From the NCBI GenBank assembly GCA_015486105.1, contig WFSI01000149.1, positions 1-55,432 of the forward strand: 55,432 nt of DNA. Reading direction: 5' to 3'. Below are positions 7,987 through 16,653 of the stretch, piece after piece (the first letter of the stretch is position 1; each line of letters begins with the position of its first letter). The notes below the pieces were generated by a model. That model was given only the letters and a program-made list of their open reading frames with translations. It was not told where the DNA came from and searched no databases. The DNA comes from Aquificota bacterium. Lineage in GTDB: Bacteria > Thermosulfidibacterota > Thermosulfidibacteria > Thermosulfidibacterales > B14-G1. The position numbers were made by a program, and so were the translations under genes.

Positions 7987-9324
7987 TTACAGATAAAAGA
8001 GTCCCTTCTTGCCATCCCAATCTTCAGGTGGCTTTGCTCCAACCCTATCTCCCCACTTACCTATAACACCCTCCTCTTCCAATTCCTTGAGACTATCTCG
8101 GGACAAACCAGCTATTCTCAAGAACACATGCTCATTGTCAAAACCCACAGGCCGAGAAGTCCATTTCATCCTGCCAGGGGTCTCAGACATCTTAGGAACG
8201 GGGCCACATTCCACCACGGTATCGTAAAGGGGATCCTCAAACTCACACACCGTACCACGAGATCTCCAATGCTCGCTTTCATACTGGTCCTTGGCATTGA
8301 GAACACGAGTGGCAGCAAAACCGTACTGGGCACCCAATTCGTCTATCTCGGCCATAGTCTTACCTTTAGTCCAATCAGCTACAATGCCTAAAATAGCCTT
8401 GGCATTCTCGTCCTTGAGCCTATCCAAGGGATCTTTAAACCTGGGGTCATCAGCTAGCCCCGCCTTGCCCATAGCCTGGCAGAGGCCCGAGAACTCCTCT
8501 TCAGAAAAGGCAGCAATAGCTATGAAACCGTCCTTGCACTTGAAAAGATCCGAAGGACATATAGCCAGATCCCGATTCCCCGCTTGGGGCCTGTTCTCAC
8601 CGGTAAAGTGGGCATACAGCCAACTCCAGTCAAGCCACCGCATGAGGTTCTCACCCTGGGAAAACTCAATGAACTGACCTTTACCCGTCTTCTTGGCGTA
8701 GTAAAGGGCCGCCAGTAAGGCAATAGACGAAGTACAAGCCCCGGTAAAATCTCCAATCCACACCCCAGCCTTCAGAGGAGGCCTTCCCGGAAATCCCGAG
8801 ACAGACATTAGCCCGCTTACCGATTGAGCAATAGCATCGTAGCTGGGACGCCCCTGGGCATAAGGACCCCACTGGCCAAAACCATTGTTAGCCAAATAGA
8901 TGATATGAGGGTTCACCTCCTTCAAATCCCTGTAACCCACACCCCAGCTATCCAAGGTGCCTGCCCTCATGTTTTCCACCACCAAGTCAGATTTCTTAGC
9001 CAGATCAAGGAAAATCTCTCTCCCCTCGGGTTTTCTCAGGTCCAGTCCCACGTGATACTTGTTATGATTCTGCTCCTCAAAGGCAGGGGAAAGGTTCTTC
9101 CAGAAGAAACCATAAGGGGTAACGTATCTCATGGTGTCTCCAGCCCCAGGCAGCTCCACCTTGATCACCTCCGCTCCAAAATCCGTAAGCCAATCGGGAA
9201 CAGCCGGACCAAAAATAAGGGTACACACCTCCAGCACCCGCACCCCCTTCAGAGCTTCAGGCTTTAAAAACGCCTTTTTGGGGTCCAAAACCTCAGCCGC
9301 CCATTGGAAAAAATCACTACCCAT
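7987..9324 (-). CDS. Family III CoA-transferase, B-type subunit, copy 2
   Basis: 445 aa. Motifs IFGPAVPDWLTDFGAEVIKVELPGAGD and [11 protein letters not shown]. Confidence 0.85.
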   Translation of the reverse strand: MGSDFFQWAAEVLDPKKAFLKPEALKGVRVLEVCTLIFGPAVPDWLTDFGAEVIKVELPGAGDTMRYVTPYGFFWKNLSPAFEEQNHNKYHVGLDLRKPEGREIFLDLAKKSDLVVENMRAGTLDSWGVGYRDLKEVNPHIIYLANNGFGQWGPYAQGRPSYDAIAQSVSGLMSVSGFPGRPPLKAGVWIGDFTGACTSSIALLAALYYAKKTGKGQFIEFSQGENLMRWLDWSWLYAHFTGENRPQAGNRDLAICPSDLFKCKDGFIAIAAFSEEEFSGLCQAMGKAGLADDPRFKDPLDRLKDENAKAILGIVADWTKGKTMAEIDELGAQYGFAATRVLNAKDQYESEHWRSRGTVCEFEDPLYDTVVECGPVPKMSETPGRMKWTSRPVGFDNEHVFLRIAGLSRDSLKELEEEGVIGKWGDRVGAKPPEDWDGKKGLFYL

Positions 9325-9364
9325 TCTGCACCCCCGTGACTGTTTTGGATAAAACCTTATTTTC

Positions 9365-9393
9365 TATGTAGAGGAAAGCCCCAAGAGTGTCAA
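9365..9393 (-). promoter_or_regulatory. Sigma70-like promoter candidate ahead of the CoA-transferase genes
   Basis: Minus strand reads TTGACA (9393-9388), a 17-nt spacer, then TACATA (9370-9365). Lies in the 117-bp gap between the MFS stop and the CoA-transferase start. Confidence 0.3.
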
Positions 9394-9441
9394 GAGAATT
9401 TTTGCCCATAATTAATAGGGTTTACTAACACTAACAGGGGG

Positions 9442-11049
9442 TCAATCAAGGGTTAGAGAAATGGTCCTATTCCTTTCCCTGATGAGGGGAACCAAAAGGA
9501 GAGAAAAGAGGCATGCCATCCCAAAGATTACCATGCAGTCCTGAAAGGCAAAGATATAACTCTTCAGGGTGATCACCCCATGGAAAAAAGCCTTCACCTG
9601 AGTAGTAGCCCAATTTGGAGGTTGGCTATGGGCCATGAGATAAGCCTTGAGACGACCATAAGAAGGAACAAGGAGAGGATGAGAGGGATCAAGTCTCCTT
9701 GTCATCCCCAAAAAGTGAAGGTACTTCCTGGACTCCATATGGGAGGTGGCGAAAGCCGTACCTACTGCCCCCGCTATGAAACGGATAACATGAATCATAG
9801 AAGCCCCTGTATCCAGGTGCCTATGGGTAAGGCAAGCCAAACTCATGTAATTTAGGGGAGTGAAGACTGCCCCCACAAAACCTATATAAAAAGCTATGAG
9901 CATAACGAGGGTAGCTTTGCTTGTATACCCATCGGCATGGCTGAGAAAATAAAAACCCACAGCCATGCCTATCAAAGCCAGGGCCATGATCCTTCTTCCA
10001 CCAAACCGATCAGTAAGGCGGCCCACCATCACTCCCATGAAACCATTCATCAAGGCCCCAGGCAGTATGAGGAGACCCGTGAGGAAGGTAGGATACATCC
10101 TGAATTTCTCCAGGTATATAGGTATAAGATAGAAGGAACCGTAGATCGCTCCACCAAAAACCAAACGTATAAGCATGGTAGCTGAGAAATCCCTAACGCC
10201 AAAGATGGTGAGATCAATGAAGGGATGCTCTTGGCGGAGCTCCCACCACAGAAACAAGGGAAAGGTGACCACCGCTATAGCGAAAAGGATAAGGATATAG
10301 TCCGAGGCCAGCCATCCCTTCTCCTGTCCCTTAGAGAGAGCAATAAGGAGGGATGAGATGAAGGCCGTAGAGAGGATAAAACCCATGATATCAGGGGGTA
10401 CCCTCTTGTCTTTACCTTCCCCAGGTCTAAGGATGAGGTATGCCCCATACCAGAGGGTGATGCCTATGGGAAGATTGATGTAAAAGGCCCAACGCCAACT
10501 GAAATGCTGGGTCATGTATCCCCCCAGAGTAGGCCCCAGAGCAGGGCCCATGGTGGCGCCCAAACCAATGAGTCCCATAGCCAGACCACGTTGCTTAGGG
10601 GGAAAAGCCACAAAAATGAGCGAGGTGACTGTGGGAATAACAAGTCCTTCCCCTACTCCCTGAAGCACCCTACCTAAGATCATCTCCCCCATGCTGGTGG
10701 CCTGACCACAAAAAGCGCTCATAGTGGTGAAGAGGGCCAACCCAAGGAGACAGAGATTCTTGTAACCCAACCTCTCCGAAAGACGCTTAAACATGGGCAT
10801 AGTAACCGCCGCTGCCACCATATAGGCTATTACTACCCATTGAATATCATAAAAATCCGCATTTAAAGCCGCCATCATGTGGGGAATGATCACATCCACC
10901 ACGGTGGTATCCAGAATCACCATGAGGAGAGATGGAACTGCCACTGCCGCCACCAGCCAGTGGTAATGATCTATCCTATCTTTCTCTAAGGCTAAACCCG
11001 TATCAAGAGCGTCAATAGCCACGGATCCCCCAGAAAGATCCCTTTTCAC
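9442..11049 (-). CDS. MFS transporter, DHA2 (EmrB/QacA-like, 14-TMS) family
   Basis: 535 aa and highly hydrophobic. Has MFS motifs near the N-terminus (LDTTVVDVIIPHM, GRLTDRFGGRR-type loop). The GTG start overlaps the upstream ALDH stop (GTGA). Confidence 0.8.
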   Translation of the reverse strand: MKRDLSGGSVAIDALDTGLALEKDRIDHYHWLVAAVAVPSLLMVILDTTVVDVIIPHMMAALNADFYDIQWVVIAYMVAAAVTMPMFKRLSERLGYKNLCLLGLALFTTMSAFCGQATSMGEMILGRVLQGVGEGLVIPTVTSLIFVAFPPKQRGLAMGLIGLGATMGPALGPTLGGYMTQHFSWRWAFYINLPIGITLWYGAYLILRPGEGKDKRVPPDIMGFILSTAFISSLLIALSKGQEKGWLASDYILILFAIAVVTFPLFLWWELRQEHPFIDLTIFGVRDFSATMLIRLVFGGAIYGSFYLIPIYLEKFRMYPTFLTGLLILPGALMNGFMGVMVGRLTDRFGGRRIMALALIGMAVGFYFLSHADGYTSKATLVMLIAFYIGFVGAVFTPLNYMSLACLTHRHLDTGASMIHVIRFIAGAVGTAFATSHMESRKYLHFLGMTRRLDPSHPLLVPSYGRLKAYLMAHSQPPNWATTQVKAFFHGVITLKSYIFAFQDCMVIFGMACLFSLLLVPLIRERNRTISLTLD

Positions 11050-12236
11050 TCTCTCAAAAAACCCTGGGTAAGCTCCAAGGGATAGACCAGGGCCCCCCCT
11101 CTCCTCACAATCTTAGGGCCTCTCATCTCCAACACCCAACCACTGTCCCTCCTGCCACCAGAGGGGTCACGGGGATTTAGATAGAGAAACTGGGGGTCCC
11201 AATAGACACTTCCATAGAGACGCTCCAGGGATTTTTTACCCCCAGGGCATTCTCCAAAGGCATAGGCAATCAAGGGATAACGGGTCTTCAAAGCCTCTCT
11301 CAAAATAGCCGAGGCCGAGGTCTCAGCCTTGATAGCCAAAAAGGGACCAAAGACCTCAATGTCCGGTATGTGCTTGGTGAGAACCACTGTGGGATAAAGC
11401 CACTCACCCTGGGGAGGCCCTCCCCAAAGAAGGGAGCCTTTCATCATCTCCAATCCCCTTTGAAAGAGCTTTCGAGTCCGTTCTGCCTTGATAGGCCCGT
11501 AGTCCACTTGGGGATCCAAGGGATCTCCCACCTTTATCTCTCCCACCTCAGCCAAAACTCCATGGATAAAGGGTTCAAGGAGATCTTTATATACCAGGGC
11601 CCTCTTGATGGTGGTACAGTACTGCCCCCCATTGAGAAAGGCCCTTCTGGCAGCAAAAATAGCCGCCTGCTCCACATCAGCCCCAGGAAAAACCAAGACC
11701 GGTGGCATTCCCCCAGGCCCCGCATATATAATCTTGTCGAAAAAGTCTATGGCCCTGGCATACACCCTCCCCACAATGCCAGATCCAGAGATAAAAAAGA
11801 CCCTCACCTGTGGATCATCTATGCACTCCTGACCAAAAGCCCGGTTGTCCTTATCCAGCACTACTTCAATCCTGTCCTCCCACGGGGCACACACTTCCCC
11901 TATAAGCTCAGCCGCTCTAGGAGTAAGAGAGGAAAAACTTACCCGAATCCTATTTCTACCCAGAAGAGCTGCCCCTCCCCACCGGGCAAACATGACTGTG
12001 GGAGCATCGTAGGGAAATACAGCCCCAATAAGACCGTAGGGCTCCCGCCCCTCCACCAAGGGGGCATCCTCCTTCATAGTATCAAGATGCTTAGCGCTCA
12101 GGCTGATCTCCGCCTTAGTCACCTTTATCGCCTGACCAATGTCCAAGGCCAAGGCCTCACAAAAGGACCCTTCCCTTTTCTCTATCTCCCTGCCTAAAAA
12201 GGCCAGCATCTCTATCCTTTCCCCCAGTTCCATCAC
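11046..12236 (-). CDS. Aldehyde dehydrogenase-superfamily protein, short form, general-base Glu replaced (ALDH-B)
   Basis: 396 aa. The catalytic Cys region GGQYCTT and the EVFGPF motif are present. The position equivalent to the ELGG glutamate reads YAGPGG (Ala). Confidence 0.7.
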   Translation of the reverse strand: MMELGERIEMLAFLGREIEKREGSFCEALALDIGQAIKVTKAEISLSAKHLDTMKEDAPLVEGREPYGLIGAVFPYDAPTVMFARWGGAALLGRNRIRVSFSSLTPRAAELIGEVCAPWEDRIEVVLDKDNRAFGQECIDDPQVRVFFISGSGIVGRVYARAIDFFDKIIYAGPGGMPPVLVFPGADVEQAAIFAARRAFLNGGQYCTTIKRALVYKDLLEPFIHGVLAEVGEIKVGDPLDPQVDYGPIKAERTRKLFQRGLEMMKGSLLWGGPPQGEWLYPTVVLTKHIPDIEVFGPFLAIKAETSASAILREALKTRYPLIAYAFGECPGGKKSLERLYGSVYWDPQFLYLNPRDPSGGRRDSGWVLEMRGPKIVRRGGALVYPLELTQGFLRE

Positions 12237-12244
12237 CCCCCTCC

Positions 12245-13267
12245 CTAAGATAATCTCTGGGTTATACCCTCACAGGCTCTATCTAACTGCTTGACCTCCT
12301 CTCTCCAAATGGGTATCTCATTCACGCCTACCACTCCACCTAAGTCCACTGTTGCAGGGACAGCCATGATCCCATGGAAACCATAAAACTCGCCCCTAAG
12401 GACGACATGCAATGGACCACAAAACCATCCCCTGGCCAATAGGCCTTCCAGTATCATCATGATAGCACTGGCAGGACCGACCACGGTTTTAGAGCCACTG
12501 TAGTGGGTGAGCCATGGCCGTATGAAAAGTCTGTAAACCATGGGCATCCGATCCAGTTCTCTAAAAATCTCTACCAAAGGCCTCCCCTTCATATCGCTAA
12601 TCAGACGTGACCAGGCCTCCATAATGGGTTCATCGGTTTCAATAGCCAACTCCCTCTCTATCCTCTCCTCAAGAGCCCCCTTCCCCCAACCAGAAACCAT
12701 CACAGAACTCCACAGAGGCACCATAAGGGGCCCGTGATCCCCAAGGACCATGGCAGATACATAAGCCATGGGAACCTGCCAAGCCCGGGCGATCTCCTTC
12801 CTAAATCTCAGGGTATCCAACAAACAGCCCATGCCTACCACCTTCCTGGGACCTATCCTTTCTGCAAACACCTTCACTCCCAGCTCTACAGGATTCGAAA
12901 CATGGATCACCATGGATTCAGGAGAAACCAAGTCTGCATAATATCGAAAGACCTCTAAATTATAGGACCTGAGCTTTTCCCGGGTAAACTCCGTTGTGGG
13001 AGATCGTGGAAAGGTAACACCCGCCGTCATGATCACCAACTGGGCCCGGATCTCACAGGGATCTATGGAAACCTCTATTGGAGGTAAAACGCTGCCAAAG
13101 GCGTCCTTCATGTCCTCTACCAGGCCATGGATCAGGTTCTTAGAGGTTCCTGATGAGCGACTCACCAGGAGCACCCTGTGGTCCTTGACCAAAAGTCCCG
13201 AGCTCAACAAAAGGAGCAAAAGCCGCTGTCCAATGTCACCACTGGCACCAATTATGGCTATGGTCAT
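12245..13267 (-). CDS. Lactate/malate dehydrogenase-family 2-hydroxyacid dehydrogenase, divergent
   Basis: 340 aa. N-terminal Rossmann IAIIGASGDIGQ, substrate Arg motif LDTLRFRKE and catalytic His in LGDHGP. Clear paralog of 28526-29575. Confidence 0.75.
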   Translation of the reverse strand: MTIAIIGASGDIGQRLLLLLLSSGLLVKDHRVLLVSRSSGTSKNLIHGLVEDMKDAFGSVLPPIEVSIDPCEIRAQLVIMTAGVTFPRSPTTEFTREKLRSYNLEVFRYYADLVSPESMVIHVSNPVELGVKVFAERIGPRKVVGMGCLLDTLRFRKEIARAWQVPMAYVSAMVLGDHGPLMVPLWSSVMVSGWGKGALEERIERELAIETDEPIMEAWSRLISDMKGRPLVEIFRELDRMPMVYRLFIRPWLTHYSGSKTVVGPASAIMMILEGLLARGWFCGPLHVVLRGEFYGFHGIMAVPATVDLGGVVGVNEIPIWREEVKQLDRACEGITQRLS

Positions 13268-13280
13268 CCCTGTTGCCCTC

Positions 13281-14558
13281 TCATTCCTCCAGGATGCTTG
13301 TCTCCAAGCTCAGAAGCTTTGGCCCCTGCCTCAACCTAAAGGCCTCACCCAGGGCATCCCACTCCCATCCCGAGTATCCATAGCCACCTACGGCCTTTAC
13401 CACAAAGGCCCCCTTCCAGGACTCTGACCTGGGCTCGTTTAAGCTCACGGTGCCGAATTTGCCAAATACAAGCTTCGGCACATCGTGCATATAAGGCTCA
13501 CCTCTCAGGGCCGAGGTGACCATTTCTGCCTCATCATATCCATAAACCGCTGCCCTCAGGCCGTATCGGTTCCGCTTGGCCATAGAGATCACCTCATCAG
13601 GGGTGTCAAAGGGGATCACAAAGCTCACAGGGCCAAAGGTCTCCTCCTGGACACCCAACATATCAGGCCTGGCATCTGTTACAATAGTAGGGTATACAAG
13701 GTTTCCCTCAACCCTACCCCCAAGGAGAATGCGGGCCCCCTTCTGCCTTGCATCCTCCAGCTGCCTCTCTATGTTCTCCACCGCAAGGGAGCTGCCCAAA
13801 GGGGTGATCACCGTCTCCGGGTCTTCCGGATCCCCCACCTTTGCCTCCTTGCTCTTCTCTACAAAAGCCCCTAAAAACTCACTGTAGATGCCCCTCTGGA
13901 CATACACGTTCTCGGGAGCCGTGCAGGTCTGGCCAGAGTAGGAGTACTTAGCTTCAAAGAGGTCATCTATAGCCTCCCTAAAGGGGGCATCGTTAAAAAC
14001 GATGAATGGGTCACTACCCGGCCCCTCAAATATGAGCCGCTTTCTATGCGCCAAAACTTCTTCTTCGTATGGGAGCACAGTTCGCTCCGAGCCGAAAATA
14101 CAAATAGCCTTCACACTCCCATCCCCGATGGCCCACTCTATGAATTCCTTTCCAGGGCGGTAATCAAAGGAGACATCATCGCCAAAGATAGGGTGATAGA
14201 TGGATTCCAGGAGACAAGCTATATCCGAACCCCTGGAGGAAAACTTCACCCTCACCCTGTTCCCAGCCAAGTATATGGTAGCGATCACAATATTGAGCCA
14301 GGCACTCCCGTTATAGGAGAGGGCCAGGGCCACACACTCACCTTCCCTGCAGAGGGGTCTTCTGCCATCAAGGATCTCCTTTACCCTCCAACACATCTGC
14401 AGGCGATCTTTGGCCACAGAGATCTCCTGGTGGTTATCCCGATATGAAAAACCAATGTCCTTGATGGCCAAAGCCACCAGCTCGTCCCTATGCGCCTCCA
14501 GCTCATCAGCAAGCCGGTATATTCTGTCAAGCCTCTCGGCAAATGTGATCCCACCCAT
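13281..14558 (-). CDS. Aldehyde dehydrogenase-superfamily protein, short form (ALDH-A)
   Basis: Motif FEGPGSDPFIVF carries the catalytic Glu, SGQTCTAP carries the Cys 34 residues later, and EETFGPV is present. The tracked ORF starts at 14606 and overlaps paaI. I prefer ATG 14558 (GTG 14576 is also possible). Confidence 0.75.
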   Translation of the reverse strand: MGGITFAERLDRIYRLADELEAHRDELVALAIKDIGFSYRDNHQEISVAKDRLQMCWRVKEILDGRRPLCREGECVALALSYNGSAWLNIVIATIYLAGNRVRVKFSSRGSDIACLLESIYHPIFGDDVSFDYRPGKEFIEWAIGDGSVKAICIFGSERTVLPYEEEVLAHRKRLIFEGPGSDPFIVFNDAPFREAIDDLFEAKYSYSGQTCTAPENVYVQRGIYSEFLGAFVEKSKEAKVGDPEDPETVITPLGSSLAVENIERQLEDARQKGARILLGGRVEGNLVYPTIVTDARPDMLGVQEETFGPVSFVIPFDTPDEVISMAKRNRYGLRAAVYGYDEAEMVTSALRGEPYMHDVPKLVFGKFGTVSLNEPRSESWKGAFVVKAVGGYGYSGWEWDALGEAFRLRQGPKLLSLETSILEE

Positions 14559-14577
14559 TGTTTCTACCTTTTTCACA

Positions 14578-15015
14578 TCAACCTTCCGGCGGAAAGGGCT
14601 TGTCAAATCGGTAAACCGTACCCTTAGTAAGGGCGATCATTTCTCCCCTGGCATTGGTCACGGTCATGATGTAAGTAGCTGTCCTTTTCCCTAAATACCC
14701 CTCCTTCGCTTCGGCCAATATCCGCTCACCCAGGGAAACGGCCTTCAAAAAGCTCATGCTCACCTCCAGTGCCAAGGCCAAGCTTCCATAACTGTTGCTG
14801 GCCAGGGCAAAGGCCAAATCACTTAAGGAGAAAAGCACACCACCATGGCAAACGTCGGCTGCATTCAAGTGCATATCCTCCACGGTGAGAGCTACCTTTG
14901 CGTATCCGGGGGAGACCTCCAAAACCTCAACCCCTAACAGATCTATCAACCTGTCCCTACTGGCAATGTACTCCTTCACCCCCTCAGCCACGGCCTTTGA
15001 AGCATCATTTCCCAT
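14578..15015 (-). CDS. PaaI-family hotdog-fold acyl-CoA thioesterase, copy 1
   Basis: 145 aa. [23 protein letters not shown] is the PaaI active-site segment. Confidence 0.8.
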   Translation of the reverse strand: MGNDASKAVAEGVKEYIASRDRLIDLLGVEVLEVSPGYAKVALTVEDMHLNAADVCHGGVLFSLSDLAFALASNSYGSLALALEVSMSFLKAVSLGERILAEAKEGYLGKRTATYIMTVTNARGEMIALTKGTVYRFDKPFPPEG

Positions 15016-15030
15016 GCCTTCCCTCCTTAT

Positions 15031-15675
15031 TTATTCCCATTTATCTCCTTTTCTTCCAACCGCTTTTATTCCGGCCAGCGAGAATTCGGCTATATGGCTC
15101 GCCAGCCTCTCCAGAAACTCAGGGGTAATAGACTGACCAAGGAGATACTCGAGATCGCAGGGCCTGACCGTCGCCAGGACTCTACACTGTTGGACAATGC
15201 TCAACTCGCAGAGCATCACGTCCTCGTCTACAACCTTCCTCCCCATGACCCTGCGGATAATCTCTAAAAGAGCCCTCCTCCTCGGCTCAATCAGTTCATG
15301 CCAGAACTCCCGGACCAGGCCCGTAGGGTTCAATAGCTCCATCATATACAACCGGGCAAACTGCCCCTGGTATCCAGGATCAGTGAATTTCCTGATCAGG
15401 TAATTGATATAGGCACAGAGTTGCTTCTCGGGGGGGTCAGAGACATCGGATATATCGAGCCATGGATACTTTTCGAATGCGCGCTTCCAGGCTTCAACAT
15501 AGAGACTGGCTTTATCGTTAAAGTAATAGTTGATGGCAGCGACGTTTACACCTGCCCTCTTGCAGATCTCCGCAACTGTAGCTTTATGGTAGCCCCTCTC
15601 GGAAAACAGCTCACAAGCAGCTTCTAAGAGGCGGTTACGTGTCTCTTTGCCATCTTCCCTCACGCTCCACACCAT
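15031..15675 (-). CDS. TetR/AcrR-family transcriptional regulator
   Basis: The N-terminal HTH is TRNRLLEAACELFSERGYHKATVAEICKRAGVNVAAINYYF. The tracked ORF begins with the TTG of a TTGACA box at 15726. I prefer ATG 15675 (or GTG 15672). Confidence 0.85.
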   Translation of the reverse strand: MVWSVREDGKETRNRLLEAACELFSERGYHKATVAEICKRAGVNVAAINYYFNDKASLYVEAWKRAFEKYPWLDISDVSDPPEKQLCAYINYLIRKFTDPGYQGQFARLYMMELLNPTGLVREFWHELIEPRRRALLEIIRRVMGRKVVDEDVMLCELSIVQQCRVLATVRPCDLEYLLGQSITPEFLERLASHIAEFSLAGIKAVGRKGDKWE

Positions 15676-15679
15676 TACC

Positions 15680-15726
15680 TTGACATTTTTAAATATGTAC
15701 TTAAAATAGCTGCTCAAAAATGTCAA
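15680..15726. promoter_or_regulatory. Inverted repeat TTGACATTTTT-25 nt-AAAAATGTCAA: divergent promoter/operator
   Basis: 11-bp perfect arms at 15680-15690 and 15716-15726. The plus strand reads TTGACA-16 nt-TAAAAT (15702-15707). The minus strand also starts with TTGACA. Lies between tetR and the divergent methyltransferase gene. Confidence 0.5.
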
Positions 15727-15804
15727 GACAAAAGGAGGAGAAATGAGGCTCAGGGCAGACTTTTACTTATCACCCTTAGCAGTCATGCTTCTTACAATGA
15801 ACAA

Positions 15805-15824
15805 CCCTGTGGCAAGCCACAGGG
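15805..15824. promoter_or_regulatory. Palindrome CCCTGTGGC-AA-GCCACAGGG upstream of the methyltransferase gene
   Basis: 9-bp perfect arms ending 10 nt before ATG 15834. The 3' arm overlaps the only Shine-Dalgarno-like AGGGA for that start. Confidence 0.4.
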
Positions 15825-15833
15825 AATAACCAA

Positions 15834-16472
15834 ATGGAGATACATGGAACCCCTGGCAGAAAGGTCGGAGAAATGAAGATGAACCAGAAACCACCTGGCG
15901 CCGGAAGGAACAGCTTCGCCCTGATAGAAACACACAGGCTCTTTCAAGAGATCCGCCTCACCCGGGAAAAGGTATTCCTGGATCTCGGCTGTGGCCCCGG
16001 GAGTTACTCAATGACCGCTGCTCAGTACCTTCCTGAACAAGGCAAGGTGTTCGCCATAGATCTATGGGAGGAAGGACTCCATCGCCTGAAAAAAGCCCTC
16101 GCCATCAGGGGTATATCGAACGTCTTTCCGGTGTTGACCGACATTGGCCAAAGCATTCCCCTAAAACAAGATAAGGTGGATGTGTGTCTGATGGCCAACG
16201 TGCTTCACGGGCTGATCCTTTCGAAAAAGGATAAGGGGGCATTGCAGGAAATCGCCAGGGTACTTAAGCCCAGAGGCAAACTGGCCGTTATCGAGTTCAA
16301 AAAAGTCCCAGGCACCCCTGGGCCGCCAATGGACATCCGCATTGGAGCCAGCCAACTCTCAGACATGATTGAGCCTTATGGATTCAGAAATGCAAAGGTG
16401 GTGGAGATAGGACCGTACAATTACCTCGCCCTGTATAGACTGGAGGTGAATAATGCCTACAGTAATCATTGA
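15834..16472 (+). CDS. Class I SAM-dependent methyltransferase
   Basis: 212 aa with SAM motif I FLDLGCGPGSYS. An alternative start at ATG 15873 is preceded by GGAG. Confidence 0.8.
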   Translation: MEIHGTPGRKVGEMKMNQKPPGAGRNSFALIETHRLFQEIRLTREKVFLDLGCGPGSYSMTAAQYLPEQGKVFAIDLWEEGLHRLKKALAIRGISNVFPVLTDIGQSIPLKQDKVDVCLMANVLHGLILSKKDKGALQEIARVLKPRGKLAVIEFKKVPGTPGPPMDIRIGASQLSDMIEPYGFRNAKVVEIGPYNYLALYRLEVNNAYSNH

Positions 16473-16653
16473 AGGGCCTTCATTAACTATCGAAAAGAAG
16501 CGCACCCTGGTCTCGGCCATCACGAAGGTGATCAGCGAGACCTATAAATGGCCTGCCAAACGAATCATCGTGATCATTCACGAGAATTCAGACGAGAACG
16601 CAGCCCGAGGAGGTATGCTACTGGCAGATAAGCATATAGGGCCAGACACTTAA
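16453..16653 (+). CDS. 4-oxalocrotonate tautomerase-family protein
   Basis: 66 aa. MPTVIIEG has Pro at position 2, which is the catalytic Pro1 after Met removal. Size and the beta-alpha-beta pattern fit the family. Confidence 0.7.
   Translation: MPTVIIEGPSLTIEKKRTLVSAITKVISETYKWPAKRIIVIIHENSDENAARGGMLLADKHIGPDT

Noticed and set aside
7084-8391. A 435-aa plus-strand ORF, together with similar long antisense ORFs at 4510-5277, 6331-7083, 5539-6144, 11370-12197, 30715-31674, 41558-42247 and 53294-53959.
   Set aside because: All lie antisense to strongly supported minus-strand genes. They have low-complexity Pro/Leu/His/Gly-rich translations with no recognisable motifs. They are explained by the purine-loaded coding strand, which depletes stop codons on the opposite strand. 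The 435-aa ORF even crosses an intergenic junction.
3928-9324. The four similar CoA-transferase genes could be a recent tandem duplication or an assembly artefact.
   Set aside because: The copies are clearly diverged at the protein level (50/76 identical at best, in the N-terminal stretch I counted) and differ in length. The intergenic junctions also differ.
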